Source: Bacteroidota bacterium (lineage in GTDB: Bacteria; Bacteroidota; Bacteroidia; Bacteroidales; JAAAOM01). From it: 64,000 bases of DNA. Location of the stretch: NCBI GenBank assembly GCA_009908855.1, contig JAAAOM010000033.1, positions 7,200 through 71,199 of the forward strand, read 5' to 3'. The notes under the pieces were generated by a model. That model saw only the letters and a list, made by a program, of their open reading frames with translations. It made no database searches and was not told where the DNA came from. This document shows positions 37,374-46,264 of the stretch, piece by piece. The stretch's first letter is position 1. Every line of letters starts with the position of its first letter. The position numbers were made by a program, and so were the translations under genes.

Positions 37374-37963
37374 GTACAAATTTATCTGATAAAGCGCGAC
37401 TGGATTATGAGCTGGTAAAAAGAGCTGCCAAGGGAGATCAAAAAGCATATGCCGATCTGCTTGGAAAATACCGGGATGCCATCTATTTCATGCTTCTCAA
37501 AATGGTTAATAATCCCAGTGATGCTGAAGACCTGACAATTGAAGCATTTGGAAAGGCATTTAAAAACATCCAACAATATACACCCAACTACGCTTTTAGT
37601 ACCTGGTTATTCAAAATTGCATCAAACAACTGCATCGATTTTATACGTAAAAAAAAGGCCAACATGATATCGCTGGATGAGCATGATGATGAACAGGATC
37701 GTGCACCAACCGATATCCAGGCTTCATCGTTAGACCCCGAAGAAAGTCTGATGAAACAACAGAAAGTTGATCTGATGCGGAGTATAGTTTCCAAGCTGAA
37801 ACCACGATACCGCAGGTTAATTGAATTAAGGTATTTCAAAGAATTGTCATACGAAGAAATATCTGAAGAACTTGAATTGCCTATTGGTACGGTTAAGGCA
37901 CAGCTTTTCAGGGCGCGCGAATTGCTTTTCAATATTTTAAAAACATCCAACCAAAAAATATAA
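37364..37963 (+). CDS. ECF RNA polymerase sigma factor
   Basis: DAEDLTIEAF, FSTWLFKIASNNCID, LSYEEI, GTVKAQLFRAR. Confidence 0.95.
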   Translation: MAVSTNLSDKARLDYELVKRAAKGDQKAYADLLGKYRDAIYFMLLKMVNNPSDAEDLTIEAFGKAFKNIQQYTPNYAFSTWLFKIASNNCIDFIRKKKANMISLDEHDDEQDRAPTDIQASSLDPEESLMKQQKVDLMRSIVSKLKPRYRRLIELRYFKELSYEEISEELELPIGTVKAQLFRARELLFNILKTSNQKI

Positions 37964-37987
37964 ATTGGCATAGGCGGGTTTCTATTC

Positions 37988-38614
37988 ATGGAACTAATTC
38001 ATAAATATTTCCCACATTTAACAACCAGGCAGGTCGAACAGTTTGAGCAACTGAAGCCACTTTATACCGACTGGAATCAGAAGATCAATGTAGTTTCGCG
38101 AAAGGATCTGGACAATTTATACCAAAACCACATTTTGCACTCCCTGTCCATTGCACGATGTTATACATTTAATAAAGGGCATACAGTTGCTGATGTGGGA
38201 ACAGGCGGCGGTTTTCCAGGCATTCCACTGGCCATTATGTTCCCCGATGTAAGTTTTACTTTAATTGATGCCACGGCAAAAAAATTAAAAGTGGTGGAGT
38301 CGGTAGCCCGTGAAATTAACCTGACAAACTGCCAAATACGCCATAATCGGATTGAAAATATACAGGAGCGTTATCATTTTGTTGTTAGTCGTGCGGTTAC
38401 TCAATTTCCGGTTTTTGTAAACTGGGTATGGCGAAAAATTAAACCACAAACCAGCCATTTATCCGACCGGGACAATGGAATTTTTTATCTGAAAGGCGGT
38501 GATTTTGAACAAGAAATCATCAATTACAAATGGGTGCAGGTTAAATCGGTATCCGATTATTATCAGGAAGATTTTTTTGAAACCAAAAAAATCATTTACC
38601 TTCCAAAAAAATAA
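37988..38614 (+). CDS. rsmG: 16S rRNA m7G527 methyltransferase
   Basis: WNQKINVVSR, HILHSL, DVGTGGGFPGIPLAI, VVSRAV, YLKG. Confidence 0.96.
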   Translation: MELIHKYFPHLTTRQVEQFEQLKPLYTDWNQKINVVSRKDLDNLYQNHILHSLSIARCYTFNKGHTVADVGTGGGFPGIPLAIMFPDVSFTLIDATAKKLKVVESVAREINLTNCQIRHNRIENIQERYHFVVSRAVTQFPVFVNWVWRKIKPQTSHLSDRDNGIFYLKGGDFEQEIINYKWVQVKSVSDYYQEDFFETKKIIYLPKK

Positions 38615-38700
38615 AATTTATTCTATTGTATGCAATATTTATTTTATTACCTTTGCAACCTCTAAAAATCAGATGATAGACGAATAAACACAATAATGTC

Positions 38701-38859
38701 ATGAAACGAACATTTCAACCATCCAGGAGAAAAAGAAAGAATAAGCACGGTTTTAGAGACAGAATGAAATCCGTTGGTGGAAGAAAAGTACTTAATGCCC
38801 GTCGTGCAAAAGGCAGAAAAAAGGTTTCTGTTTCTGACGAACCCCGTCATAAATGCTGA
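38701..38859 (+). CDS. rpmH: 50S ribosomal protein L34 (absent from ORF track)
   Basis: Translates [52 protein letters not shown]; TACCTTTG promoter box at 38648-38655. Confidence 0.98.
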   Translation: MKRTFQPSRRKRKNKHGFRDRMKSVGGRKVLNARRAKGRKKVSVSDEPRHKC

Positions 38860-39217
38860 TAAACTTCGGGAGGTTATTCCTGATTTATGCTTTCCAATGG
38901 ATTTGATATTTATATTTTATCCAACAATTCACAATGGCTTTGGTCAATTAATGTAATACGATTGCGATCATTTGTTTTAGGTCAACAAAAAAGTCCATTT
39001 TAACTCCCTCCGCATTTCAACCTTACCCCGGGTCTTATATTAATAATTGATTTATTCTCTTATTTTACAGGTAAAAATTATATTTGCAGTTAACATGTTT
39101 TAAATAGCTGATAGGTATATCGAATTCGCAGGGCTTTCAATTAACATTGTAGATAATTCCTTGCAGGATATTGGATTTATATTGGTAGTCATCAGCTTAC
39201 ATTAATCAGGGCTCAAC

Positions 39218-40036
39218 ATGTACGGCAATTATAAAACAGGTATCGTAATACCATGCTTCAACGAACACAAACGATTGAACGTAGCATTAATAGATGATTA
39301 TATTAAAAATACATCGGGAGTAATGCTGCTTTTTGTCGATGATGGCAGCACAGATAATACAAAATCGTTATTACAACAAATTGATAATGAATACTCTGCA
39401 GTTTCATGCTTTTACCTGGATCAAAACCAGGGCAAAGCAGAAGCAGTACGACAGGGGATAAACCATCTGTTACAAAATGGTCTTACGTATGTCGGGTATT
39501 TTGATGCCGATTTTTCTACCCCCCTTAGTTGTATCAATACATTTATTGAGATACTCGAAGATTCGAATGAGCAGTTATCAGTAGTAATCGGATCGCGCGT
39601 TAAAAGGTCAGGATCAGAAATCAGCCGGAAGTTATCCAGACACATAATAGGAAGGATTTTTGCAACCTTAATTTCCTATACACTTGGTTTACCCGTTTAT
39701 GACACACAATGCGGTGCCAAGATATTCAGGCGCGAAGTGGCCGAAAATGTATTCAGTGAAAGATTTCAAAATCGTTGGCTCTTTGATGTCGAAATATTCG
39801 CAAGGTGTATTATTAAACTGGGGTATAAAAATACCAACAACATGATACTGGAATACCCCCTTGAAATATGGAAAGATGCAGGTGATAGCAGAATAAAATT
39901 CAAAGATTCTGTTAAATTACCATTTGCTTTATTAAAATTGTATGTAATATTCCATCATAAAATAAAAAAAATAAAAATAGCCGAGGCCAACCATGACAAA
40001 AAAACAAAAAAAGGTATCAAAAGCTCCCGGGCGTAA
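39218..40036 (+). CDS. GT2 polyprenol-phosphate glycosyltransferase-like protein
   Basis: VIPCFNE, VDDGSTD, NQGKAEAVRQG, FDADFSTP, DTQCGAKIF, WLFDVE. Confidence 0.9.
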   Translation: MYGNYKTGIVIPCFNEHKRLNVALIDDYIKNTSGVMLLFVDDGSTDNTKSLLQQIDNEYSAVSCFYLDQNQGKAEAVRQGINHLLQNGLTYVGYFDADFSTPLSCINTFIEILEDSNEQLSVVIGSRVKRSGSEISRKLSRHIIGRIFATLISYTLGLPVYDTQCGAKIFRREVAENVFSERFQNRWLFDVEIFARCIIKLGYKNTNNMILEYPLEIWKDAGDSRIKFKDSVKLPFALLKLYVIFHHKIKKIKIAEANHDKKTKKGIKSSRA

Positions 40037-42743
40037 ACCATTATCCATAATTTTCAATGTTGAATCTGAAGCAAATTTATCATCGGTTCAAAAAACCATA
40101 AAAAATTTCAGCAATAACATTGAAAAAGAAGACCAGATAATTGTATTAAGCGATGTGATTCAGCAATCAGAAAATCAGGATGCTGATAGTCATACCGCAA
40201 GTACGCAAAACATTAGCTATTTAAACATCTCCTCCGATAAAGAATTATTACATACCATTAATAATGAGCAGATTATGCTTGTTACAGGCGAAAGCCTTCA
40301 TGCTGAGCTTACATTAAACGAAGTAATACACCAGAAAAAAGAAATTCATGAAGGCATCCTTTATTTAAATTATTCAAATACCGGCCTGATATATGACAAA
40401 GCTCCAATACTGATATTCAACAAATTATTACTGGAAGAACACGCCGGTATAATCAAAAACTCGGCCGGATTTCATCGCACAATATTGTTTATAATTGACC
40501 GCAGTGTCCGGAATATACAATCCGGAATCTTGCCTAAACAGTCGAATGTAAATTTCAATTCAAAAATCAGTATTGGGCAATGGGCAGGTTCGTTAAAGTT
40601 ATGGTATTCATGGCTTGTAACTGAACCGGTAAAGGAAATTTTTATCCAAAAAAAAATAGGTTATGGTAACAACGCACCCATATTCAGACTGGCATTTTTG
40701 GTTATAGCCATCACTTCATTGGCCTTTATGCTAATATTCTCGAAAGACGCCGGAATATCAGGCGATGAACCGGTAAATTATGAGCATGCCGAATACGTTT
40801 ACAACTATTATGCCGAAGGTGACAGTGCCGCCTTGCACACACCAAAAACCAAATTGCAATATTATGGCCAATCATTCGACAACTTAACTTACCTTTATAA
40901 TCATATCACCGGTAGTGATAATCCATACCGAAGCCGTCATTTTTTTAACTCACTTACCGGTTGGCTGGCTATGTTATTCACCGGGATACTGGCAATTTAT
41001 TTAATGGGTTGGCGAGCCGGCGTGTTGGCATTTTTATTAATCGTTTTTTCACCCCGATTTCTTGGACATGCCTGGAACAATCCGAAAGACATACCATTTG
41101 CCTTTACCTATATCCTATGTTTGTTTTATCAGATAAAACTATTAGCCGAATTGCCGAAACTCAAGTATTCAACACTTATTACATTGGCCTTTGCCATAGG
41201 TTTATCGATAAGTGTGAGAATTGGAGGATTACTTTTAATCATATACCAGTTTTTATTCCTGGCCATTTATGCGGTAGCTGTAAGACCCTATAAAAACACG
41301 CCCAAACCATTAAATAATTTTATTAATACCGGGCTACAGTTATTAGGTGTTAGCGTAATTGGTTATTTCCTGGGCCTGGTCATGTGGCCCTATGCACTGG
41401 AAGACCCGTTTAATCATCCTTTTGAAGCGCTTGAAATGATGACTAATTTCTCTGCCAGCTTAAAACAGGCCTTTATGGGAGATGTTATTTGGTCGGACAA
41501 GGCACCCTGGTACTATACACCTATTTATATATTGTTTACCACACCCATTGTTATAATAGCCGGTATGGCGATATTTGCGATTTTCGTGTGGAAACATCCA
41601 CGTAAAAAACTATTTCTTAACTTATTTGTAGCATTTGCATTTGCCTTCCCCATTGTATATATCATTTATCGTGGGTCGAATGTATACGGAGGATGGCGTC
41701 ATGTACTATTTTCATTTCCGCCCTTAATAGTGATCGCCAGTGTCGGTCTAAACGAGTTGCTTAACAGGTTTAAACCAAAATTACAGCCCTATCTACTGGC
41801 TGTTGTAATATTATCAATGGCCTTGCCTATTTACCATACCTTTAATAATCATCCCTATCAGTATGTTTATTTCAATCAGTTTGTAGGTGGCGTAAATGGT
41901 GCTTATGGCGACTATGAAATGGATTATTATTACCATTCCCTAAAAGAAACAACCGAGTGGGTATTAGAGAATAAATTGGATGAAGCCAGTATAGACGATA
42001 AGCTGGTGGTTGCATCGAATCATTCATCGTTAAGCGGTAACTATATCAATAAACATCGCGATAAAATTTCCATGCCTTATATCCGATATTACGAAAGAGG
42101 AAACACAGATTGGGATTATGCTGTTATAGCCAACAGCTATATCAGTCCATACCAGCAAGAAAAAGGATATTGGCCACCGGCCAATGCCGTATATGAAGTT
42201 AAAGTTGGAGATGCGGTTATTGGTGCGGTTATTGAACGCACAGACAGAAATGATTACTATGGTTACCAGGCGATGAGAAACAGAAACTATAGCCAAGCCA
42301 TCGTACATTTTGAAAAAGCATTAGAGGCGAATCCAAATAATGAAGCAGCCCGAATAAACCTTGCTCGGATACTAATTGAGCAGAACCGACTGAATGAAGC
42401 GCAAAAGATTGCTCAAAAAACGCTCCAGATTTATAAGGACTATGACAAAGCGCTGAATCTGCTTGGTACGGTCTACATGAAAAAAGGAGAGTTTGAGAAT
42501 GCGTTGGGAACATTCAATTATTTGCTAAAAATAAATCCTAAATATACCACAGCCTTTCACAATATCGGTGTTATTCTTTTAAATCAACAAAAATTAGATC
42601 AAGCACTTACTTACTTTCAAAAAGCCATTGATGCTAATCCGCGTTATAAGCCTTCATACATGGGCATTGCGCATATTTTGCGTCAACAAGGCAGAAATGA
42701 AGAAGCACAACGCGTGATCAAAGCCGCCCAAAGTATACAATAA
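39993..42743 (+). CDS. Multi-TM GT-C-fold (ArnT/PMT-like) glycosyltransferase with C-terminal TPR repeats
   Basis: SGDE after the first TM, SPRFLGHAWNNPKDIPF, many TM segments, several TPRs. Confidence 0.8.
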   Translation: MTKKQKKVSKAPGRKPLSIIFNVESEANLSSVQKTIKNFSNNIEKEDQIIVLSDVIQQSENQDADSHTASTQNISYLNISSDKELLHTINNEQIMLVTGESLHAELTLNEVIHQKKEIHEGILYLNYSNTGLIYDKAPILIFNKLLLEEHAGIIKNSAGFHRTILFIIDRSVRNIQSGILPKQSNVNFNSKISIGQWAGSLKLWYSWLVTEPVKEIFIQKKIGYGNNAPIFRLAFLVIAITSLAFMLIFSKDAGISGDEPVNYEHAEYVYNYYAEGDSAALHTPKTKLQYYGQSFDNLTYLYNHITGSDNPYRSRHFFNSLTGWLAMLFTGILAIYLMGWRAGVLAFLLIVFSPRFLGHAWNNPKDIPFAFTYILCLFYQIKLLAELPKLKYSTLITLAFAIGLSISVRIGGLLLIIYQFLFLAIYAVAVRPYKNTPKPLNNFINTGLQLLGVSVIGYFLGLVMWPYALEDPFNHPFEALEMMTNFSASLKQAFMGDVIWSDKAPWYYTPIYILFTTPIVIIAGMAIFAIFVWKHPRKKLFLNLFVAFAFAFPIVYIIYRGSNVYGGWRHVLFSFPPLIVIASVGLNELLNRFKPKLQPYLLAVVILSMALPIYHTFNNHPYQYVYFNQFVGGVNGAYGDYEMDYYYHSLKETTEWVLENKLDEASIDDKLVVASNHSSLSGNYINKHRDKISMPYIRYYERGNTDWDYAVIANSYISPYQQEKGYWPPANAVYEVKVGDAVIGAVIERTDRNDYYGYQAMRNRNYSQAIVHFEKALEANPNNEAARINLARILIEQNRLNEAQKIAQKTLQIYKDYDKALNLLGTVYMKKGEFENALGTFNYLLKINPKYTTAFHNIGVILLNQQKLDQALTYFQKAIDANPRYKPSYMGIAHILRQQGRNEEAQRVIKAAQSIQ

Positions 42744-42746
42744 AAC

Positions 42747-43850
42747 ATGAACAGAATAACACGGTATATCATAATTGCGGTTATAGCGGCCATTGTGGGG
42801 TTTATTTTATGGTATTTCCAGCACATTGTAGCGTATATATTAATCTCCGGTGTTTTATCGTTGGTTGGTAGACCCATTGTAGATATGATGGGACAAATAA
42901 GAATAAATCAACGAAAAATTGCGCTCGGGCTGAGAGCACTTTCCGCTTTGATTATTTTGTGGCTGATATTTTTTACTTTTTTCAGAATATTTATTCCCCT
43001 GGTTGCCAACGAAGCCTATGCATTGTCAAATTTAGATGTTAATAAAGCAGTTGAAAGTCTTGAAGTACCTATCGACAGGTTTGAACAACTGGTAAATAAG
43101 TTTTTCGTTTCCGATTCGTCGTTTTCATTGGAGGATTATTTAACACAAAAAATAATATCAGTGCTCGACATTTCAATCTTATCAAACTTCGTAGGTTCGC
43201 TGGCAAGTGTGTTGGGTAATATATTTGTAGCCATTTTTGCCATTTCCTTCATCACCTTTTTCTTTTTGAAAGACGAAAATTTGTTTTCAAACGCCATACT
43301 TGCCTTTGTACCTGACCATGAAGTATCACAGGTTAAACATGCGCTCAAATCAACCCGCCGCTTACTTATGAGGTATTTCATAGGTATTGGCGGGCAAATT
43401 ACCGGGATTATCATCCTTGTTACTGCCGGACTAAGCATTGTTGGCATCGAATTTAGCAGGGCATTGGTAATGGGGTTAATTGCCGGTATAATGAATGTAA
43501 TTCCCTACTTAGGCCCTGTATTAGGTACTACCATCGGACTTGTTTTGGGAATAGCCGGTAATCTTGATCTCAATTTTTATGATGAACTGGTTCCGCTAAC
43601 TATTTACATGGTCCTGGTATTTATTACGGTACAACTAATTGACAATACACTTTTTCAACCGCTCATTTACTCAAGCAGTGTAAATGCTCATCCACTGGAA
43701 ATATTTTTGGTTATCATGATTGCAGCCAGTTTAGCGGGTATAGCAGGTATGATTTTAGCCATACCCACCTACACCATACTGCGGGTTTTTGCAAAAGAGT
43801 TTTTCAGCGAGTTTAAAATTGTTAAAAAATTAACCCGGAATATTGAATAA
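42747..43850 (+). CDS. AI-2E (PerM) family transporter
   Basis: FFFLKD, NVIPYLGP, VQLIDN..FQPLI, HPLEI, GMILAIP. Confidence 0.92.
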   Translation: MNRITRYIIIAVIAAIVGFILWYFQHIVAYILISGVLSLVGRPIVDMMGQIRINQRKIALGLRALSALIILWLIFFTFFRIFIPLVANEAYALSNLDVNKAVESLEVPIDRFEQLVNKFFVSDSSFSLEDYLTQKIISVLDISILSNFVGSLASVLGNIFVAIFAISFITFFFLKDENLFSNAILAFVPDHEVSQVKHALKSTRRLLMRYFIGIGGQITGIIILVTAGLSIVGIEFSRALVMGLIAGIMNVIPYLGPVLGTTIGLVLGIAGNLDLNFYDELVPLTIYMVLVFITVQLIDNTLFQPLIYSSSVNAHPLEIFLVIMIAASLAGIAGMILAIPTYTILRVFAKEFFSEFKIVKKLTRNIE

Positions 43851-43912
43851 GTTTTTTTTACATTCACCGCCGATATCAATATATTTACGGGTTTAATACA
43901 GGATTGAGCAAA

Positions 43913-44755
43913 ATGAAAAGGCTTTTCATCATATTTCTTATGATTATACTTACCAAAACTATTATGGTTGCTCAACCTGATTTTATAGCTGATACATTAT
44001 CAGGCTGCGATCAGTTAACCGTTACTTTTACCATTGACACCGCCACTGTTGATTTGGATACAATTACAGCCGCCCTATGGCGCTTCGGCAATGGCTCCGG
44101 AAATAATAATATTTATCCGCAACCTGTGCAATACAATGTATCCGATAGTACACAACAATTTGATATAGCACTTTTTTTAAACAATGACACCCTGAATAAC
44201 AGTATCATTAAAAACGATTATATTACCGTCCATAAAACATACAATGCCCGCTTCTATATTCAGGAATTAAATGAATTAAACGCCTCTTTTTCAACCGTTC
44301 CTCAGAAATGGACGGACCCGTCAGCAAATTATCAGTTTAACTGGAATTTCTCTGACGGAACATCATTATCCAATGGTGTTAATAAAATTGTTCACACCTT
44401 TAGCGATACCGGCTCATATAACATTTCATTAAGGGTTACAGATGACTACGGCTGCACCGCTCAATTCGACACCACGGTTGTCTTAAATGACAGTTACGAC
44501 TTCCCGAACATATTGATCACAAGCAGAAATGATTATATATTATACGAATACAATAACACCATCCCTATTCATTTTCAGGTGTTTACCAGAAGTGGAATTA
44601 AGGTGTATGAATCCAATGCACCCGCAATTTACTGGGACGGCAGAAATTTATCCGGGCAATATTTAAATACCGGTATCTATTATTATCTAATTCAATCGGA
44701 CATGCAATCAGAGACTTTACAGCATAAAGGATTTATTTATATTGTATCAGATTGA
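43913..44755 (+). CDS. Secreted PKD-domain protein with T9SS type B-like C-terminus
   Basis: Signal peptide; WNFSDG, HTFSDTGSYNISLRVTD; VFTRSG, WDGRN, GIYYY. Confidence 0.8.
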   Translation: MKRLFIIFLMIILTKTIMVAQPDFIADTLSGCDQLTVTFTIDTATVDLDTITAALWRFGNGSGNNNIYPQPVQYNVSDSTQQFDIALFLNNDTLNNSIIKNDYITVHKTYNARFYIQELNELNASFSTVPQKWTDPSANYQFNWNFSDGTSLSNGVNKIVHTFSDTGSYNISLRVTDDYGCTAQFDTTVVLNDSYDFPNILITSRNDYILYEYNNTIPIHFQVFTRSGIKVYESNAPAIYWDGRNLSGQYLNTGIYYYLIQSDMQSETLQHKGFIYIVSD

Positions 44756-44996
44756 TTGCTTTAAAATTTTATTAAAAAACCGAATTTTTTAATTTATATG
44801 CAAGCATTACCAAAGCCTATTATTTTTAACACTTTACAATAAGTCCCGTTATTATTGGATTAAAGGATCGTATATTGGTCTAAATTATTTTGAAATAATA
44901 ATATTTGCAGACCGATGGCTAGTTTTTTCTATTTTTGGGACGGCTTAATTAAATTGAATCAAGTTCTATATTAAATATAAAATAATTGCTATAAGA

Positions 44997-46238
44997 ATGT
45001 GTAAGGCAAATTGTTTCAGAGGATTATATTTAACGGTATTAAACATTATATTATTCATTTCCCCTTCCATATTCAGTTATGCTGCAGAGGCGGATACGGT
45101 TACCACAACAGATAATCAGGATTCTTTAACACATATTATCAACAATCAGGCTGGCACCCATGATGATCATAACGATTATTACCAGGGTAATACCCATGAC
45201 GAACATCATGGATTTGATTTAAATATGAAAAAAGCCGAAAGGATTTTTTACGGACTGTACCAACAGGAAGGAAACACACAATCATGTGCAAGTTGCCATA
45301 ATACCTTTGCCATCGACACATTCAACTGGAATCCTTCAGCACTGGATATAGCAAAACTGTATGTAAATAAAACAGAAGATGACCTGGCCGGTACATTACT
45401 AAATCCAACCGGCAAGGTTACTTCCAAAGCACACGCCAATTATAATTTTAGCGAAGAACAAATTCAATTATTGAAAGGGTTTCTGGATAAATATTCAGCC
45501 GAGCATGAATCCTTACCAAGCAAACCTAATATTACACAAACACTTATATTTATAGGAATTACCTTGTTGTTCTTACTGGCATTGGTTGATCTGCTTTTCA
45601 CCAAAAAAGTTCGTCTCAGGGCCCTGCATTTAATTATTATATTGTTCTGTTTGGTTTACAATACCCGTGTAGTTGTTGAAGAAGCTATTGCACTGGGTCG
45701 CCAGGAAAACTATCAACCCGAACAGCCAATTAAATTCTCCCATGAAATACATGTTCAACAAAACAATATCGATTGCAGGTATTGTCATAGCACTGTTGAT
45801 TTCAGTAAATCGGCCAGTATACCACCAGCCAACACCTGTCTTAACTGCCATACCTTAATAAGGGAAGGCAGCCATTCGGGAGCATTCGAGATAAACAAAA
45901 TTCACGAAGCCGTTGAAAGCGGACAACCTATAGAATGGGTTAAAGTACATAACCTACCCGACCATGTATATTTCAATCATGCCCAACATGTAGGCGCCGG
46001 TAACCTCGATTGTGCCGATTGTCATGGAGTGGTTGAAGAAATGCATGAAGTTCGTCAGGTAAGCGACCTTTCGATGGGCTGGTGTCTGGACTGCCACCGA
46101 ACCAATGAAATACAGTTTACGTCAAATAAATACTATGCGGAATTTGAAAAACTGCATGAAGACCTTAAAGCTGGAAAGATAGATAAAGTAACACCCGAAA
46201 TGGTGGGTGCTACCGATTGTATGAAATGTCATTATTAA
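44997..46238 (+). CDS. actA: Alternative complex III subunit ActA (multiheme cytochrome c)
   Basis: Six CxxCH motifs (one N-terminal, five C-terminal); PEQPIKFSH; LPDHVYFNHAQH. Confidence 0.92.
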   Translation: MCKANCFRGLYLTVLNIILFISPSIFSYAAEADTVTTTDNQDSLTHIINNQAGTHDDHNDYYQGNTHDEHHGFDLNMKKAERIFYGLYQQEGNTQSCASCHNTFAIDTFNWNPSALDIAKLYVNKTEDDLAGTLLNPTGKVTSKAHANYNFSEEQIQLLKGFLDKYSAEHESLPSKPNITQTLIFIGITLLFLLALVDLLFTKKVRLRALHLIIILFCLVYNTRVVVEEAIALGRQENYQPEQPIKFSHEIHVQQNNIDCRYCHSTVDFSKSASIPPANTCLNCHTLIREGSHSGAFEINKIHEAVESGQPIEWVKVHNLPDHVYFNHAQHVGAGNLDCADCHGVVEEMHEVRQVSDLSMGWCLDCHRTNEIQFTSNKYYAEFEKLHEDLKAGKIDKVTPEMVGATDCMKCHY

Positions 46239-46264
46239 TGAGAATTTTTTAAACCATTATTTTA

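Noticed and set aside
38662-38956. ORFs 38662-38850 (-) and 38774-38956 (+)
   Set aside because: They overlap the real rpmH gene in other frames.
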